Counted from the first letter of the whole stretch, positions 23,443 through 37,586 are shown. The stretch is DNA of 62,232 bases, filler included, from Basidiobolus ranarum (GCA_040143965.1; 24 parts of 24 records of this genome joined end to end with filler, not necessarily neighbours in it), one strand, 5' to 3'. Notes: a model not told the origin generated them from the sequence alone. Numbers and translations: made by a program.

Positions 23443-25942
23443 CCTATTGAGTCCACTGACTGTAGTTTGCCTCAAAGTTTTGGTAACACTGCCAAAAGTC
23501 AAGATACCGTGGAGTTACCACAGTTATATGACCAGAATGATGTAGGTCAAAATGCAACTTTGGTCAAACCAGTAAGTCCAGACAACTTTGAGGAATTGCT
23601 GCTAGATGTTGACCTTGGTTATTCCAGTACCAATGGTAGTATATCAGAAGTTGAAGAAGAAGACAACAGTTTTGTTACAGACTCTTTGTTATTGGCAAAT
23701 ATTAGTCCACTCATAACACTTACAGTAAAGGAAGCAGCTTTGATTATTGAGGAGTGGAGAGTTCAATCCAATCTTAGCAACCAGGTGTTTATTGGTTTTC
23801 TTACACTTTTATCACAGTTGATTGCAACTGTTGCTTGTCACAGACCTGGCACAAGTAAAAACACTTGTCAATGGTATGACTTATAATCCATCAGTAATTA
23901 AACTACCTTCATGTCCAAATGGTTGTTTGGCTTTCACCAGTGATCTGAACAACCTGAAGTTACGAACTGTTTGCACACAATTAGCTATCACTAAATCAGG
24001 CAAATATTGTTCATATTTGGCTTATATAACGTTTTTCCCTGTCTTAAAGTTTTGATGAATTTGCCCAAATATAGATCATTGATCCAATACCAAAGTACTC
24101 AGCTTAAAGCTGATGGTATTACCAATATACTTGATGGATATCACTACCAGAATCTGAAAAATCAAGGTTTCTTTGAGAACAAATATGAGAATGCATTTGC
24201 ATTGGCTCTGGATGGTTTCTTGCTAAATAAATATACCATTGGACAGGCTTGCTGGGCAATAATTGTAACCAACTTTAATCTTCCTCCTTCTGAAAGGTAT
24301 AAAAGTCATAGTGTTTGATACTATCCATCATATCTGGACCTAAATCACCAGTGCTTATAGATAGCTTCTTGGAGCCTTTGTTTGAAGAATTTAAATGGTT
24401 ATCTAATGAGGTTCAGATGGGTGAATATTTTATTAAAGCTATTATCATTGTATGTATTGGTGACACTCCTGCCATCAGCAAACTTTGAGGTTTTTGTGGG
24501 CACAATGCACTATCTTGCTGTAGATTTTGTCAAATCAATGGAGCTCACTCTATCCAAATACAACACTAAACTCCATGATTTTACCATCAAGAGCCCAGTC
24601 AGATTTCAACATGATCACCAATATTGATTCACCAAATAGTCAATCTAACATCAAACTTGGTATTTGCCTTAAGCCTAAGAATATGTTGCTAAAGGGATCA
24701 GCTGGAGCCAGAGCATCCCATTAGGCACTATGCACTTACTATTCAATAGCATTCAAATACTAACTATGCAGCTATATAGTGGAAGATTCAATATGAATGA
24801 GCCATTCAAGATAGGATCAAAGTATAAATTGATTGGGAAAATCCTTGAAAACATCAACATACCATCATATTTTACCAGGACTCCCATCAACATCCACTCA
24901 TCTAGGCATTTATTCAAATGCAAAGACTGGAGGCATTGGACTTGTATATATTCAAGTGCAATTTTGAAAAATTTTCTGTCTGATAAGTATTGGCAACATT
25001 GGGAGTTGTTTGTCAATATTGTTAATATATGCTTACAGCATCAACTCAAATTGGCAGATCTCAGGCAGATACAGTGACTGTGTGAAGATTTTGTAATTGG
25101 ATATGAAAAACTTTATTACAGGTTTAAAGATGATAGACTGAATCTATGCTGGTGTTCAATAGATTCCCTGTGGCATCTTTCACAATGCTTAGAGATTATA
25201 GGCCCTTGCTACACATTCTGGGAGTTCCCAATGGAGCACACCTGTGGTGAAATGATGCTCCATGTGAAATTGTCAGTATTACCATAGGCTAATCTGATTA
25301 ACAATGTATCAGCAAAATCAGTGATGCATGTAATACAATGGGTTAAGGAGACTCCAGATTATATTAATCTGCCAACAAAGGGCTCTTTTCAATGTGCTCA
25401 CAGGTTTTCACATTGTTTGAGCACATTAACAGCAACTAGCCCTATCCATGGACACAGAGTAAGTACCTCTACAATTTGACTAATCGGATTGTATAATAAT
25501 CTGAAGGTATTTTTAGGAAAGCTACAAGACATACTTCCTGGTGAGATAGATCAAGATACCTAGTATTATTGTTTTAGCCATGGGTAATCTATTCAAGCAA
25601 TGAAACATCTACTTGTGGCAGGATATTGATTGACTGCAAGTCAGGGATATATTGGCTGAATTCTTTACAGCAATTGCCATAATCCAAGAGCTTATTCTCA
25701 TTGTGAACGGTAACAAGAGTCAGCTATTTGCCAAGTGTCAGTGCTGTTCAAAATTTTAGATGTTCTACTATTTTTACCACCATTAGTTTGCTGCTAAAGC
25801 ATGTTGATGTTTTTGAGTTATGTCTGATTGGTCAAGTATGTGCATATGTAGAGACTAAACACAACAAGATTCTTGTATTTCTTGATTCTCATCATGGCTG
25901 GAATACAAGGCCTGAAATATCTAAATAAAGCCATGCATGTTA
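23443..25942 (+). mobile_element. Longest copy of the degenerate CACTA/EnSpm-like transposase
   Basis: CPNGCLAF, ITNILDGYHYQNLK, ALALDGF, CWAIIVTNFNLPPSERYK, IGDTPA, GHNA..CRFC, LGTMHLLFN, KCKDW, IGPCYTFWEFPME in collinear order across broken frames. Confidence 0.9.
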
Positions 25943-26043
25943 NNNNNNNNNNNNNNNNNNNNNNNNNNNNNNNNNNNNNNNNNNNNTTAATTAATTAANN
26001 NNNNNNNNNNNNNNNNNNNNNNNNNNNNNNNNNNNNNNNNNNC

Positions 26044-26253
26044 GATCCTTCCCACAAGGCTATTCGTCGTGATGCTCGTATCAACTGGATCTGTAACCCT
26101 GTTCACAAGCGTCGTGAAGCTCGTGGTCTTACTGCCATTGGTAAGAAGAACCGTGGTCACGGTAAGGGTCATGCCTTCAACAAGACTATCGGTTCTGGTA
26201 GACGCAATAACTGGATTAAGAGAAACACCTTGTCTCTCAGACGTTACCGTTAA
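26044..26253 (+). CDS. RPL15: 60S ribosomal protein L15 (eL15), C-terminal 69 aa; absent from the ORF track
   Basis: [43 protein letters not shown]...[11 protein letters not shown]. Confidence 0.97.
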   Translation, partial: DPSHKAIRRDARINWICNPVHKRREARGLTAIGKKNRGHGKGHAFNKTIGSGRRNNWIKRNTLSLRRYR

Positions 26254-27600
26254 ACTTAGCCTTCATTTTCTTGCTCTTCCCCATCTCGTGCTTAATAAAC
26301 ACAAGTTTGATAACATAATATTGGAGTTGGATCATTTATAAAATTTATGTTCATGTGGAGTCGAATCATCAATGAGAGGGTGTAAGGCTGAACCGTTATC
26401 GATGTTCTTGGACTGCTAAATATGTTCGTGTCTTCATTTCAGGCTTCGAGACTGCACTCGATTGAGGCTTTCGTAATCATGTTGAATGTCTAGAATCTCA
26501 TCTGACTTTTCAAGTTGTATATATATATACTGAGGTCACAATAGCAGGGAATTGATATTTTGATATATGGCCACAGTCTCACTCCCCCCACTACGTCCAC
26601 GAAGAGTCCCAGGAAATGGCTTCCTTTGGGCGTTCACCGCACTATGTAGCTGTAAGTGATACGATATGTATAACAATTTATTTTCATCTCAACTAATGGA
26701 CTTCTTGAAGTTGGTATGTATGCAGGTGCAAGAAGAATCGTTACTGACGAAAGCCTGAGAAAGTTACCGAACGAGTTGACTACCAAACCCTAAATGATTC
26801 AACAATAAATATCTCATTTGTCTCTGATGAGCCAAGCCATAAATTAGGCTGATATACATTCAAGTGAATGATAATGTGTTGATTAGCTGAGGTGATGAAG
26901 TAAAGATCAATAAGTGCTGTTATAATCGAAGAGTTAATCAGTGAATGATTTAACGAGATCCTTGGCTTAGAGTATACTTGTCCTTTCAACTATTCCGGTG
27001 AAAACCTTTCTTTGTGTATGGTGTACTGTGTGTTCATCTTAGCTCTTCACATGTACTGAATAGGTTACGCTGCTGCTCTTTATTGATAAATATTAGTCAG
27101 AAACTTTACTGGATGTGTTTCATCTTGGAGTATCTATCCTTCAGATAAATCCATTTTCAACCCAAAGGATAAATTGATAACATACCATTTTCTCTTTGAA
27201 AACGTTCAAACCACACTTTCCCGGATCCGAAATATTTGTCTTGCAGTGATAAAAGGCCCAATATCTTGGTGAAATATCTCATAACTACGTTAATATAGGG
27301 GAGTAAAGCCTCTCTATCTTGTCAAGTTTCGAACTCTATATCATACGTTTAGCACTATATATTTTCACTTCGAGAATCCTTTCAATAATCACGGATTTTT
27401 CTCTATCAATGGAAAGTAGAAGTGAGGTAAAGAAGATTTTTGTCATAGAGTTGGATTTCCATATTCGCTGTAACAGTAAATCCAACTAAACATTTTATCT
27501 ATTTGTCATGTCTGATGGTTTATCTAGTTAGAAGAAACAAGTATTACCCTGATTTAAACCTATTACTACAAAGCCAGTTACTAATGGTGTCTTTTTTATA

Positions 27601-28542
27601 GTAAGTGTACGAAGATCTACTCGAACAAGCGCAAAAAATCTTACATATCTAGATCAAGGTACCTCCGGCGACTCTGAAAAAGAGATAGTTAGCCTTCAAT
27701 CCAATAGATTAACTCTCAATAGTCGACATAAGCGAAAGGTACAAAGTTGGTATAATGCTCATCATGGTACATGGAAGTTAACCTGTCAAGCAGAGTAATC
27801 ATCTAAAGGAATCGGGCATTTATCAAATTAGTAGAGGTGCACCTGTAGGTAGCCCAAATACTAGAATATCTTCGAGGTGGTCGCCTAATAGTCGAAGGTA
27901 TTCATCAAGATTGAGAAAGGATTCCAAAGTAAATTACTACGAGCCATCCGATTCTCCTCATAATTCACCAAGTTCAGACGATCATTCAATAAATTCGAAG
28001 GGGTTAACGCAAAGACGTAGGCGTAGATTGTCGAGAGATCATATGCGCCAATCGTCTAATGATGAAAATGGGGATGCCAGTGACGTACGAACAGAAAACA
28101 ATCACAAGAAAGCTGATACCAAGGTGAAGGAGGAGAATGATAAAGTCGGTGTATATACAACAGAGGAGGAGAAGAACTTGTTCAAGTCGAATGGGAGTGG
28201 GAATGAGAGTACAGCTACTGAAATAATAAGTCAAAGTAAGCGCAGGAGGCATTCGTTTCATAGACATACTGCATCCGAAAAAGAAGACGTAAATAATACA
28301 GAATCTAGAGATTGTAGTGTTGAAGTGGACCTAGAGCTAGCATCTGGATCAATTGTTGATGCCGTCGGAAGGAACATGGTCAGAAGAAGCTCTCGCCTGG
28401 TTTCTAAGCAACAAGCATCAACAGTCCCTATGACAATTCTGAACAATTCCACTCGGGATCCAGACGATGGATTGAATATAGATGATACAGATCTTAATTC
28501 TGATTGCCATTCAGTTAGTGAACCCATTGAAGATGGAGGCTT
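27601..28542 (+). CDS. Multi-exon, low-complexity S/R/D/E-rich (probably disordered, nuclear) protein N-terminal region; 3'-partial
   Basis: Exon about 27601-27738 (VRRSTRTSAKNLTY...), GT..CAG intron to 27793, open frame 27794-28542 with RRSSR and KVNYYE motifs and basic clusters; family not identifiable. Confidence 0.6.
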
Positions 28543-28642
28543 NNNNNNNNNNNNNNNNNNNNNNNNNNNNNNNNNNNNNNNNNNNNTTAATTAATTAANN
28601 NNNNNNNNNNNNNNNNNNNNNNNNNNNNNNNNNNNNNNNNNN

Positions 28643-29620
28643 TTTCAAACTTGTTCAAATTGCCCCAAAGATAGCACATTTTACTCCCACAGATGTTCTG
28701 AACACAACCCCAGTTTTAGTTTTCTGTATCTCCACCAAAAAGTATAAATGCTTCATTTCTGGACAATAAACAATTATCTCACAAAGCTATTCACAACTCC
28801 ACTTTTCTAAAGTTCCTCCAAACAGCCCATATTTTCCCAATAAACACCTATATAGTCATGGTCCCAGAAACATGTGTGCAAAGTTTGGGGCTTATAGCAC
28901 AAGTTTGAAAATCCATAAATCTGGGAACTTATAAGTAAATTCCAATTGAGAATAATGGGTAATATCCTAGTGAAATATAAGTTAACTAAGCACTAAGCTA
29001 TATATGACTATATAGGTGTTTAGCCAATGCTAATTTCAATACTCTCCAGAGTATATATGAGCAGGCTGTATTTGCTGAGATATCTTGGAAGTCATTTGAA
29101 GAACTAGAAGAAATGGTGGTTTTCACTTATTAAGTTATTGAGTGGAAATTTTGTTAAGGTATTTTGAAAGCCTGTTGGAATTGGTTTGGAGAAAATAGAG
29201 AAATTGGTGGCTTTCACTTATTGAGTTGACATTTATAGTTTTGTCAAGATGTAAGCAATCTAATGTGTAGAATGTGTTAAGGAAGGTCCCAGGAACATGT
29301 GAGCCAAGTTTGGGGCTTCTTTGAAAAATCTATATATCTGAGAGCTTCTAAACTGGTAAAAATATTCTAAGTAAAATCCAGTTGAGAATAATGAATAATA
29401 TCTTGGTTCAATATAGGATAACTAAATACTAAGCTATACATGACTATATAGGTGTTTAAGCAATGCTAATTTCAACAAGGACAAGTTTGAAAAAGTTATA
29501 TATCTGAGAACTTTCAAGTTAGTAAAACTATTTCATGTCTATTCCAATTGTGAATAGTGAGTGAGGTACTAATCTATAGATGACTCTATAGATATTTAGG
29601 CTATGTTAATTTTATTAAAT
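28643..29620. repeat. Nest of LTR fragments (family A end at 28842, followed by several family B pieces)
   Basis: 28643-28842 matches 37765-37962; repeated CAATGCTAATTTCAA termini near 29040 and 29477 match family B. Confidence 0.8.
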
Positions 29621-31939
29621 AACTTATTGCATATGCACCCTTAGTGTAAAATCCCTTTATATTATGAGAGAGATATCAAAAAATATTGTCACAAAGCTCA
29701 TGTCATGAGATAGAGAGTTCTAGCATTGTGACAAATAAGATTTACCATTATCTAAAAACAAGGTATTCCCAAGTTCCGTACTTTGACTTAGGCTTAGTCA
29801 TGTTTGAATACCATATATGACTACCCGTAATAATGGAGAGAGCCAAAAAAATATTATTGCAAAAAAAAGGATTTCAAGGAACGCTGAATACAAATGTATA
29901 TGCATCGTAAAGAGTGATGTTATTTATCATATAGCCTAATCAGGACTCAAATAATACCAAGTATAATGACCGAGTGACTGCAGAGATATTGTCATTTGAA
30001 AAATGTATGCAAAAAAAGGGCATCAGTTATGAGCGCTAGTGGATATCACCTTGATTCATATATTTAATAGGTAGTGAAGAGGATTTCTTAAATTACACTA
30101 TCAAATCGATGAATTCTTGACAATGTCACTGGAATCCAAAATGGGTTGGAATCAAGTGAAACTATATACAGCGTTTCATTTGGAATCTAATGAACTTTAA
30201 AACCATTAGATTAGAACCATTGATTGGTGATTCAAGTTAGACTCAAGATAAGGGTAAGGGTCAGGGTCAGGGACAATGTCCAATTCAGATTCATGGTTTA
30301 GGATCAAAACGTTCCTAAACCTTCAACTTCATCCAGTTTACCTTGATTGTTTTTCATTCGAATATCATCTGATGATAGGTGAGATCGGGTACATCTCATT
30401 TTAAACCAATTCCAATATTTTATTGGTTTTTGAATGCTCTGCACTAAAATTTTCCACTGTAACAATGTGATGGTTATGGGGGGCGATTGTTCGGGATAAT
30501 ATTTACCCGGGAGTAATGATCAAGTTAATTGGGAAACTGGGGAAGATTGATTAAGGAATCATAATAATCTTTATGAAAGAATCAGGGTTTCTAGTAGACT
30601 TTGAAAAGCAAATTTGCATTCATAATCCGGAGATATTATGCACACCAAAACATACACCTAACCCTTGATTGAACGATGTAAGGATGTGTAAGGATAATTA
30701 GATCTAAATAATATTCGGCAGAACTGGTCGAAATACAGGAAATATTCTATTCAAATACCAGTGGTGTTATCAACACAATAATATCCGAAATAACACCCAA
30801 GTAATTATAATTCATCTGTCCAAAGGTGGTTCCGTTGAAGAACAAGTTAAACAATCTCAGATCTCCATATAAATTTTCAAAATTTCCAAATCCCCCACAA
30901 CGACATATACCATGAAAGATGGGATATTGAAAGTCGGCTAGCAACGTGGGAAGATGTTGATCGTGCCTTTAATTCGTTAACTTAATTATGGATTAAACGA
31001 TCAACCCATTCCATCATTCACTCCTACTCGGAAAGACCAATAGAAAAGGCAAGAATGATCCAACTGGCAAAGATTGTGAAACACTACAATGGGGCGAAAA
31101 GATTGGATTTTGCGGGGATAAAAAGTAGATGAAATGAAANNNNNNNNNNNNNNNNNNNNNNNNNNNNNNNNNNNNNNNNNNNNTTAATTAATTAANNNNN
31201 NNNNNNNNNNNNNNNNNNNNNNNNNNNNNNNNNNNNNNNCAGTCCTTGTATGCTATGCCTATATTGCTAGGGAACCTTAACCTAGTCTGTCAATGTATGG
31301 TACTTTGGCATTTCAGCTGTATAAGCAACTGATTGGCCTTAGACTTTGTGCTCAGATGCAGTCACCATACTCCATATTTTCCTCTTTGGGAATTACTGCT
31401 TGTACCACAAGTCACCAGACTTTCAACACTATTATCTTGGCACTGACTAATTCACTTTGCTATCAAAAAGTATAATTAAAGCTAACTGAACCTTTTGGTT
31501 TAGTGTGTGTCTTAATGATTTCAATATTTTCTTTTCATTTGTATCAAAGCTTAGTATCCACTAGCATCTACAGAACACCAAGCCTAGCTGACTAGCAAAC
31601 CTACTCTCTGCCATAACATAGCTACTCACTGCTATTCCCAAGATATATATTAGTTAGATATGCTCTGCTAATATATCCTGCTTAAAAAGCTCTGAGATTC
31701 TGAAGTTAACTACTTCTTTGGTTCAGTGAAGTTCAAGGCTTTTTATCCACTTTTCTGTTTAACACAACACCTCCAACAACTCCCACAATACTTCCACAGT
31801 CAATTAGTTGATATGGAATTTGATTTATTGATGATTATCCTATCAATATTCCAAATAGTATCTTCAAAATACTAAAAGCTATTGACAGCTGAGACAGTTT
31901 AATGAAGTGATTTTCTTAAAGAGTATTGGAACTGCTTAA

Positions 31940-33735
31940 TGTTAAAGTGTTTGGGAGCATGTTGGAAGTGGTTTGGAGAATTAGAGGAATTGGTGGTTTT
32001 CACTTATTGATTTATTGAGTAGATAGTTGACATTGAGAGTTTTGTCAAAGTGTAAACAAACTGATATGTAGAATGTGTTACAGAAGGTCCCATGAACATA
32101 TGTGCAAAGCTTGGGGCCTCTAGTACAAGTTTGAAAAGTGTTTATATCTGAGAACTTATTAGTTGGTAAAAATATTGACAGTAAATGCCAATTGAGAACA
32201 ATGGATAATATCTTAGTGAAATATAAGATAACTAAATACTAATCTATAAATGACTATTTAGGTGCTTAGGCAATGCTAATTTCAACAGTCCCTCAGCTAA
32301 ATAGTCATATAAACTAATACTAATAAATGTCTAAATTCTCAAATTTTGGTCTAGCTAATGGTTTGGTCAATATATCAGCAATCATGTCTTCTGTAGCACA
32401 ATAAGTTAAGTCAATAAACTTATTCTCCATAGTCACTCTAACAAAGTGATATCTAATATGTATAGGTTTGCTTCTATTATGTATTATATGAAACATGAAA
32501 CACCTTTAGCTTAATATCTTAGTGAATTATAAGATAACTAAGTACTAAGCTATATATGACTTTAAAGTTGTTTGGGCAAAGCTAATTTCAACACTCTCTC
32601 TCTGCTAAATAGCCATATAAACTAATCCTAATAAATGTCTAAATTTCTCAAATTTTGGTCTGGCTAATGGTTTGGTCAGTATATCAGCAATCATGCCTTC
32701 TGTAGAACATTAAGTTAAGTCAATAAACTTGTTCTCTATAGTCAATCTAATGCAGTGATGCTAATATCAACATGTTTGCTTCTGCTATGAAACATGAGAC
32801 TTATAGCTAATTTGATACAACTTTGATTATCTTGAAATGTTGTAGTTGGTGAATTTTGAGAATAACCTAAGTCTGTTAAGAGTTTTCTTAACCATGTTTC
32901 TTCTTTAGTTGCCTCACAGGTGGCCATGTATTTTGTTTCTGTTGTTGAAAGTGCTACAGTAGGTCGTTTCTTTGAATTCCAAGAAATAGGTCGATTACTG
33001 CAAAGAAATAAGCATCCTATTTTAGATCTCCTATCTTCAATATCTCTTCCCCAATTTGCATCTGAATATCCTATTTGATCAAAGTTTGATCCGGATTATG
33101 TATATTTTAAGCACAGATCCAGAGTACCTTTCAAATATCTGAAAATCTGCTTAATTGCTACAATTTGATCAGATCCATAAATTTGCAGATATTGGCACAT
33201 AACTCCCACAGAATATGCAACATCTGGCCATGTTCCAGCCATGATATATATCAAATTATCAAACATAGACTGACATGGAAATATCTGTCTTTCATTTCAA
33301 TCCAAAAACATTTGATTTGAGCCATTTTTAGTCAAGTTAAAATTTGTCTCTGTTGGGATACATACTGTATTACATTCTGCAATTTCATCAGCTAAGTTGG
33401 TTAAAATCTAAGTTTGATTAACAATCAAAGCCTGATACTCATCAGCCATTGCAGATCTCCAAAATTTTGCTTGAGGGCCATTCAGGGCCTCTATTACAGT
33501 CTGGGGCTCACGTATTTGAGCTGTGCAGGCATAGGCCCAATTTTGGGACTCATTGATATAGTGATCAGGGCTATTTCTGATTCAATTTGATCTCCTGGTT
33601 TGGCATAAAGGTGCTACTACTTCTGGCATTGTATTGGGCACTTGAGTAGAAAATTGATTTTCATCATCATCTGAGGCCATTTTAGGTGAAAATGTTTGCT
33701 TTTTTCATCAAACAAAATATCCCAGGACTTGATTA
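31940..33735 (-). mobile_element. Ty1/copia 3' end: RT/RNase H remnant, polypurine tract and 3' LTR (family B, 31940-32287), with the 3' end tandemly duplicated
   Basis: GYSDANWG, SWNSKKRPTVALSTTE, DNQSCI, HSRSKH.DI, ADILTKPL; purine-rich tracts precede TGTTGAAATTAGC at 32287 and 32592. Confidence 0.92.
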
Positions 33736-33835
33736 NNNNNNNNNNNNNNNNNNNNNNNNNNNNNNNNNNNNNNNNNNNNTTAATTAATTAANNNNNNNNN
33801 NNNNNNNNNNNNNNNNNNNNNNNNNNNNNNNNNNN

Positions 33836-34365
33836 AGGTCAGAATGAATCAGGGCAACATTCTGAGTGGATATGATCTCTCCAGAGCTTGAAAATGGCTG
33901 TCTGTGATGTTTTCCATATATGCAACCTTCACACAGATCCAATTTAGTGATATTTCCAATTTCCAAGCCTGAAACAAGCTGATTTCAGATCATTTGGGTC
34001 AGTTTTTGTTCCCCAATATGGCCTAATCTTCTATGCCACGTTTGACAACTTATTTCACCAGTTTTGGCCAAGTTTGCATGCTCAGAATGCAATTTGTTGA
34101 TTTCTAGCTTGTATAAGTTTTGAGTTTTGATCCCAGTAGCTAATTTGGTATTATTCTGATCTGTGATAGTGCATCCAGCCTTACTGAACATGAAATTTAA
34201 TCCTTGAGTTGTTGCTTGGCTTACTGAGAGTAGATTCTTGGCTATATTTGGTACATAGAGTACATCATCTAATTTTGCAGATGGTGCAGCTGAATTTTGG
34301 TCTAAATTGAGTACAACTGTGCCCTTACCAACTGCATCTAGTGATCCCAGTGCTGATGGCAATAT
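33836..34365 (-). mobile_element. Ty1/copia protease/GAG-pre-integrase/integrase fragment
   Basis: DVLYVPNIAKNLLSVSQ, WHRRLGHIG, CEGCIYGKHHRQPF, IHSD. Confidence 0.92.
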
Positions 34366-35519
34366 GTCACAAAAGTTGATTGTTTGTCATGGATTTTTTG
34401 TTATCAGCAAGCTTTAGTTCACTCATAACAATAACAGTCAATGAAGCAGCCTTCAACATTGAGGAGTGGACAGTTTTAATCCAGTCACAGCAACCAGGTA
34501 TTTGCTTACACAAATGTTTAGGAAGCCCTGCAATTATTGTCACAAAGTATTGTGCTATGAAAGTTGGAGGCTTCATAGAAAAAATAATTGCAAGCATGGT
34601 CACCGTACAAAGCCACCAGCTGCACAAAGCCTGGTGTATAACAACAGCAACAAGAGCACTAAATCAAATTTAGTTTTGCCCATTGTGTCACTGACTGTAG
34701 TTTGCCCCAAATTTTGGTAACACTGCCAAGAAACAACATACTGTGGAGTTATCACAGTTATATGCCCAGAATGATGTAGGTCAAAATGCAACTTTGGTCA
34801 AACAAACAAGTCCAGACAACTTTGTGGACTTGCTGCTAGATGTTGACCTTGGTTATTCCAGTAACAAATGATAGTATATCAGAAGTTGAAGAAGAAGACA
34901 ACGGTTTTGTTACAGACTCTTGGTTATTGGAAAACATTAGCCCACTCATGACATTTACTGTAAAGAAAGCAGCTTTGATTATGGAGGGGTGGAGAGTTCA
35001 ATCCAATCTTACCAACCAGGTGTTTATTGGTTTTCTTACACTTTTACCACAGTGATTGGCAACAGTTGCTTGCCACAGACCTGGTAGAGGTGGAAAACAC
35101 CTGTCTAAAATATAACCTATCATCCTTCAGTGATCTAGCTACCTTCATGTCAAAATGTTTTTTAGCTTTCACCAGTACTTGGAGAAACTAGGGGTCATGT
35201 ACTGTTTTGCTCAATTGGCAAACAATGAATCAGGTACATAATGATCATATTTGGCTTATAAACCATGGATTCCTTCTCTAAAGGTATTGATGAAATCACC
35301 CAACTAAAGATTGTATTTCTGGATCCAAAGTACTCTTGGTAGAGCTGCTAGTATCACCCATATACTTGATGGATATCACTACCTGAATCTGAAAAGTCCA
35401 GGCTTCTATGAAAACACATAGAATTGTGCATTTTCACTGGCTCTGGATGGTTTCTGACTAAACAAATATATTGTTGGAAAGGATTACCAGCTAATACTTT
35501 CAATCAACTTAAATCTTCC
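34366..35519 (+). mobile_element. CACTA/EnSpm-like transposase, 5' part, degenerate
   Basis: PCNYCHKVLCYESWRLH Zn-finger-like N-terminus and ISEVEEEDN block shared with 23443, 47809 and 53045; interrupted by an LTR at the NLP codons. Confidence 0.85.
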
Positions 35520-36331
35520 TGTTGAAATAAGGTAAATAGCAACTCAATATTTAGCAGTTAGTTTATTCATATTCTGATTATTTAGTACTCAAATCTGTCA
35601 TTCAAAAACGTGTGTTTATTGCTCTAATTGATAGAAATATCAATTAGATCACTTTTATCAATTTTCACCATTTTCTCAAAACTTCTCCAAATCACCTCTA
35701 AATTTCAGCCATGCTTAACAGGCATGTTTGTTATGATCTAAGCACATCCAATAGTCCTATTTCATAGTAAACTCTAAATAGGACATATTCACTTCAATAA
35801 AACTTAAGTGTCTAATTTGCAAATCCAAATGGTGTCCAAAGAACTTCCAAATCCCCTAAACACTTTTATCAGGTTATGAGCCCCAAGCTAGCTGTTAAAG
35901 GAATGTTTACCAGTACTATTACCAACATTTTTGCATCCACCGAGAAGTTTGATGGTGAAAACTTCAACCATTGGAAGTTCAAGATGCAAATGGTGCTAGA
36001 AGACAAGGACCTATGGGGATTTGTTACAGGAGAAGAAATAGAGCCAAAGCAACCACCAGAAGCTATCCTTGCCTTTCACAGGAAGCAGAGGAAAGCACTC
36101 TCAACACTGTGTCTACATCTCAGAGATTTTCAATTGAGGCACATTTAATCAGCCAAAAATGCCCAAAATGCTTGGGAAACAGTTGAGGGACTATATGAGA
36201 CTAAAAGTCTGGCTGATAGGCTACATCTTAGGTGAAAATTGTTCTTAATTCAGATGAATCCTGATGATTCTATGCTTAATCATATAAATCAGATAAAAAC
36301 TATGGCAGATCAGCACTCATTCATAGTAGCA
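35520..36331 (+). mobile_element. Ty1/copia 5' end inserted in the transposase: full LTR (family C, 35520-35871), PBS GGTTATGAGCCC (35872-35883), gag
   Basis: TGTTG...TATCA LTR, gag EKFDGENFNHWKFKMQMVLEDKDLWGFVTG; another family C LTR piece lies at 57160-57268 (-). Confidence 0.92.
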
Positions 36332-36431
36332 NNNNNNNNNNNNNNNNNNNNNNNNNNNNNNNNNNNNNNNNNNNNTTAATTAATTAANNNNNNNNNNNNN
36401 NNNNNNNNNNNNNNNNNNNNNNNNNNNNNNN

Positions 36432-37300
36432 TTCTAGGTCTTGCAAAATAGTTGCACATGATTAGCTAAAATCTCTGAGAACTATGGATCAACACATGTG
36501 TGAAAAACATAACTCAAATTTTACACATTTACCACTTGAATGCTAATTTGTCACCTTCAAAATCCCTAGTTTCTTTGATATATTCTCCTGAATATTTTTA
36601 TAGAGTTCTTCATACCCAAGGCTTAGCTCATACCCAACATGAGTTTGTATCAATATTTCCATCAAAGCCCACCATTGTATAATTGTTGCAGAATCAACAT
36701 TCTTCCAGCTATCTGGTGGATATCCTGTGATATTGTGCCACTCTGTATTAAGTTCTTCCCAGATATCTGCATAGTCAACACCAGACTGAATGTCAAGTTG
36801 AATATTCTTCTTCTGAAGCCACTTTCTGTATACTTGCACTGTGATTTTCTCTTCATACTTTTGAAAATGTTCCTCAAGCACTGTACCTGGTTCCATGGAA
36901 AATTAAGCTTTTTTACCAGTATATCTGACTCTGGAAATATAGATCTTTATAGTGGTGTGAAGAATTTGGTAAGTGGAACAGTAGAGCCTAAACTCACTGG
37001 CTCCTTTGCTTTACCTCAGGGTTGACTAACTTCCTGCACCTGGAGTATGTTTTTAGCAGCTTTTCCAAGTAGAAAAGTACATACACTTTTGAGATGCTTC
37101 ATGAATAGGCCTATACTGGCCCAATTGCAATTTGCTAGCAAAAACCTAGGATAAGCCACATGAAGGCAATCAAGAACCTTCAGAGTAACCCCTTGTTTTG
37201 GGCTTTACCAAAATCGGCTCATCTCCAGGTGATTTTAGGCAAGATTCCACACAGTTTCCAAAATGTTAACCCACTCATCATCACAGCAAGTTATGGCATC
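36432..37300 (-). mobile_element. Repeated uncharacterised ORF ('ORF2') associated with the CACTA-like transposase; C-terminal part
   Basis: ILETVWNLA...AYP.FL.AN.NWASIGLFMKHLK...MEPGTVLEEHFQKYEEKITVQVYRKWLQKK...KVTN*; six homologous copies in the window. Confidence 0.7.
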
Positions 37301-37586
37301 TCTTATTGAGAAAATATGGGCAGTTTAGAGGAACTTCAGGAAAGTGGAGTGGTGAATGGCTTTGTGAGATAATTGTTTATTGTCCAGAAACAAAGCATTT
37401 ATACATTTTGGTGGAAATACACAAAACTAACACTGGGGTTGTTTTCAGAACATCTGTGGGAGTAAAATGAGCTATCTTTGAGGCAATTTGGACAAGTTTG
37501 AATTTTCCAATATGAAATTGCAAATTCTCACTACATTTTTCACACATAAGTTGATCCAAAGTTCTCTGATATTGAAGCCAATCATT

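Noticed and set aside
30150-31139. Coding-like minus-strand region with a short ORF at 30747-30944
   Set aside because: Multiple stops in the frames I read and no recognisable motif; I cannot support a call.
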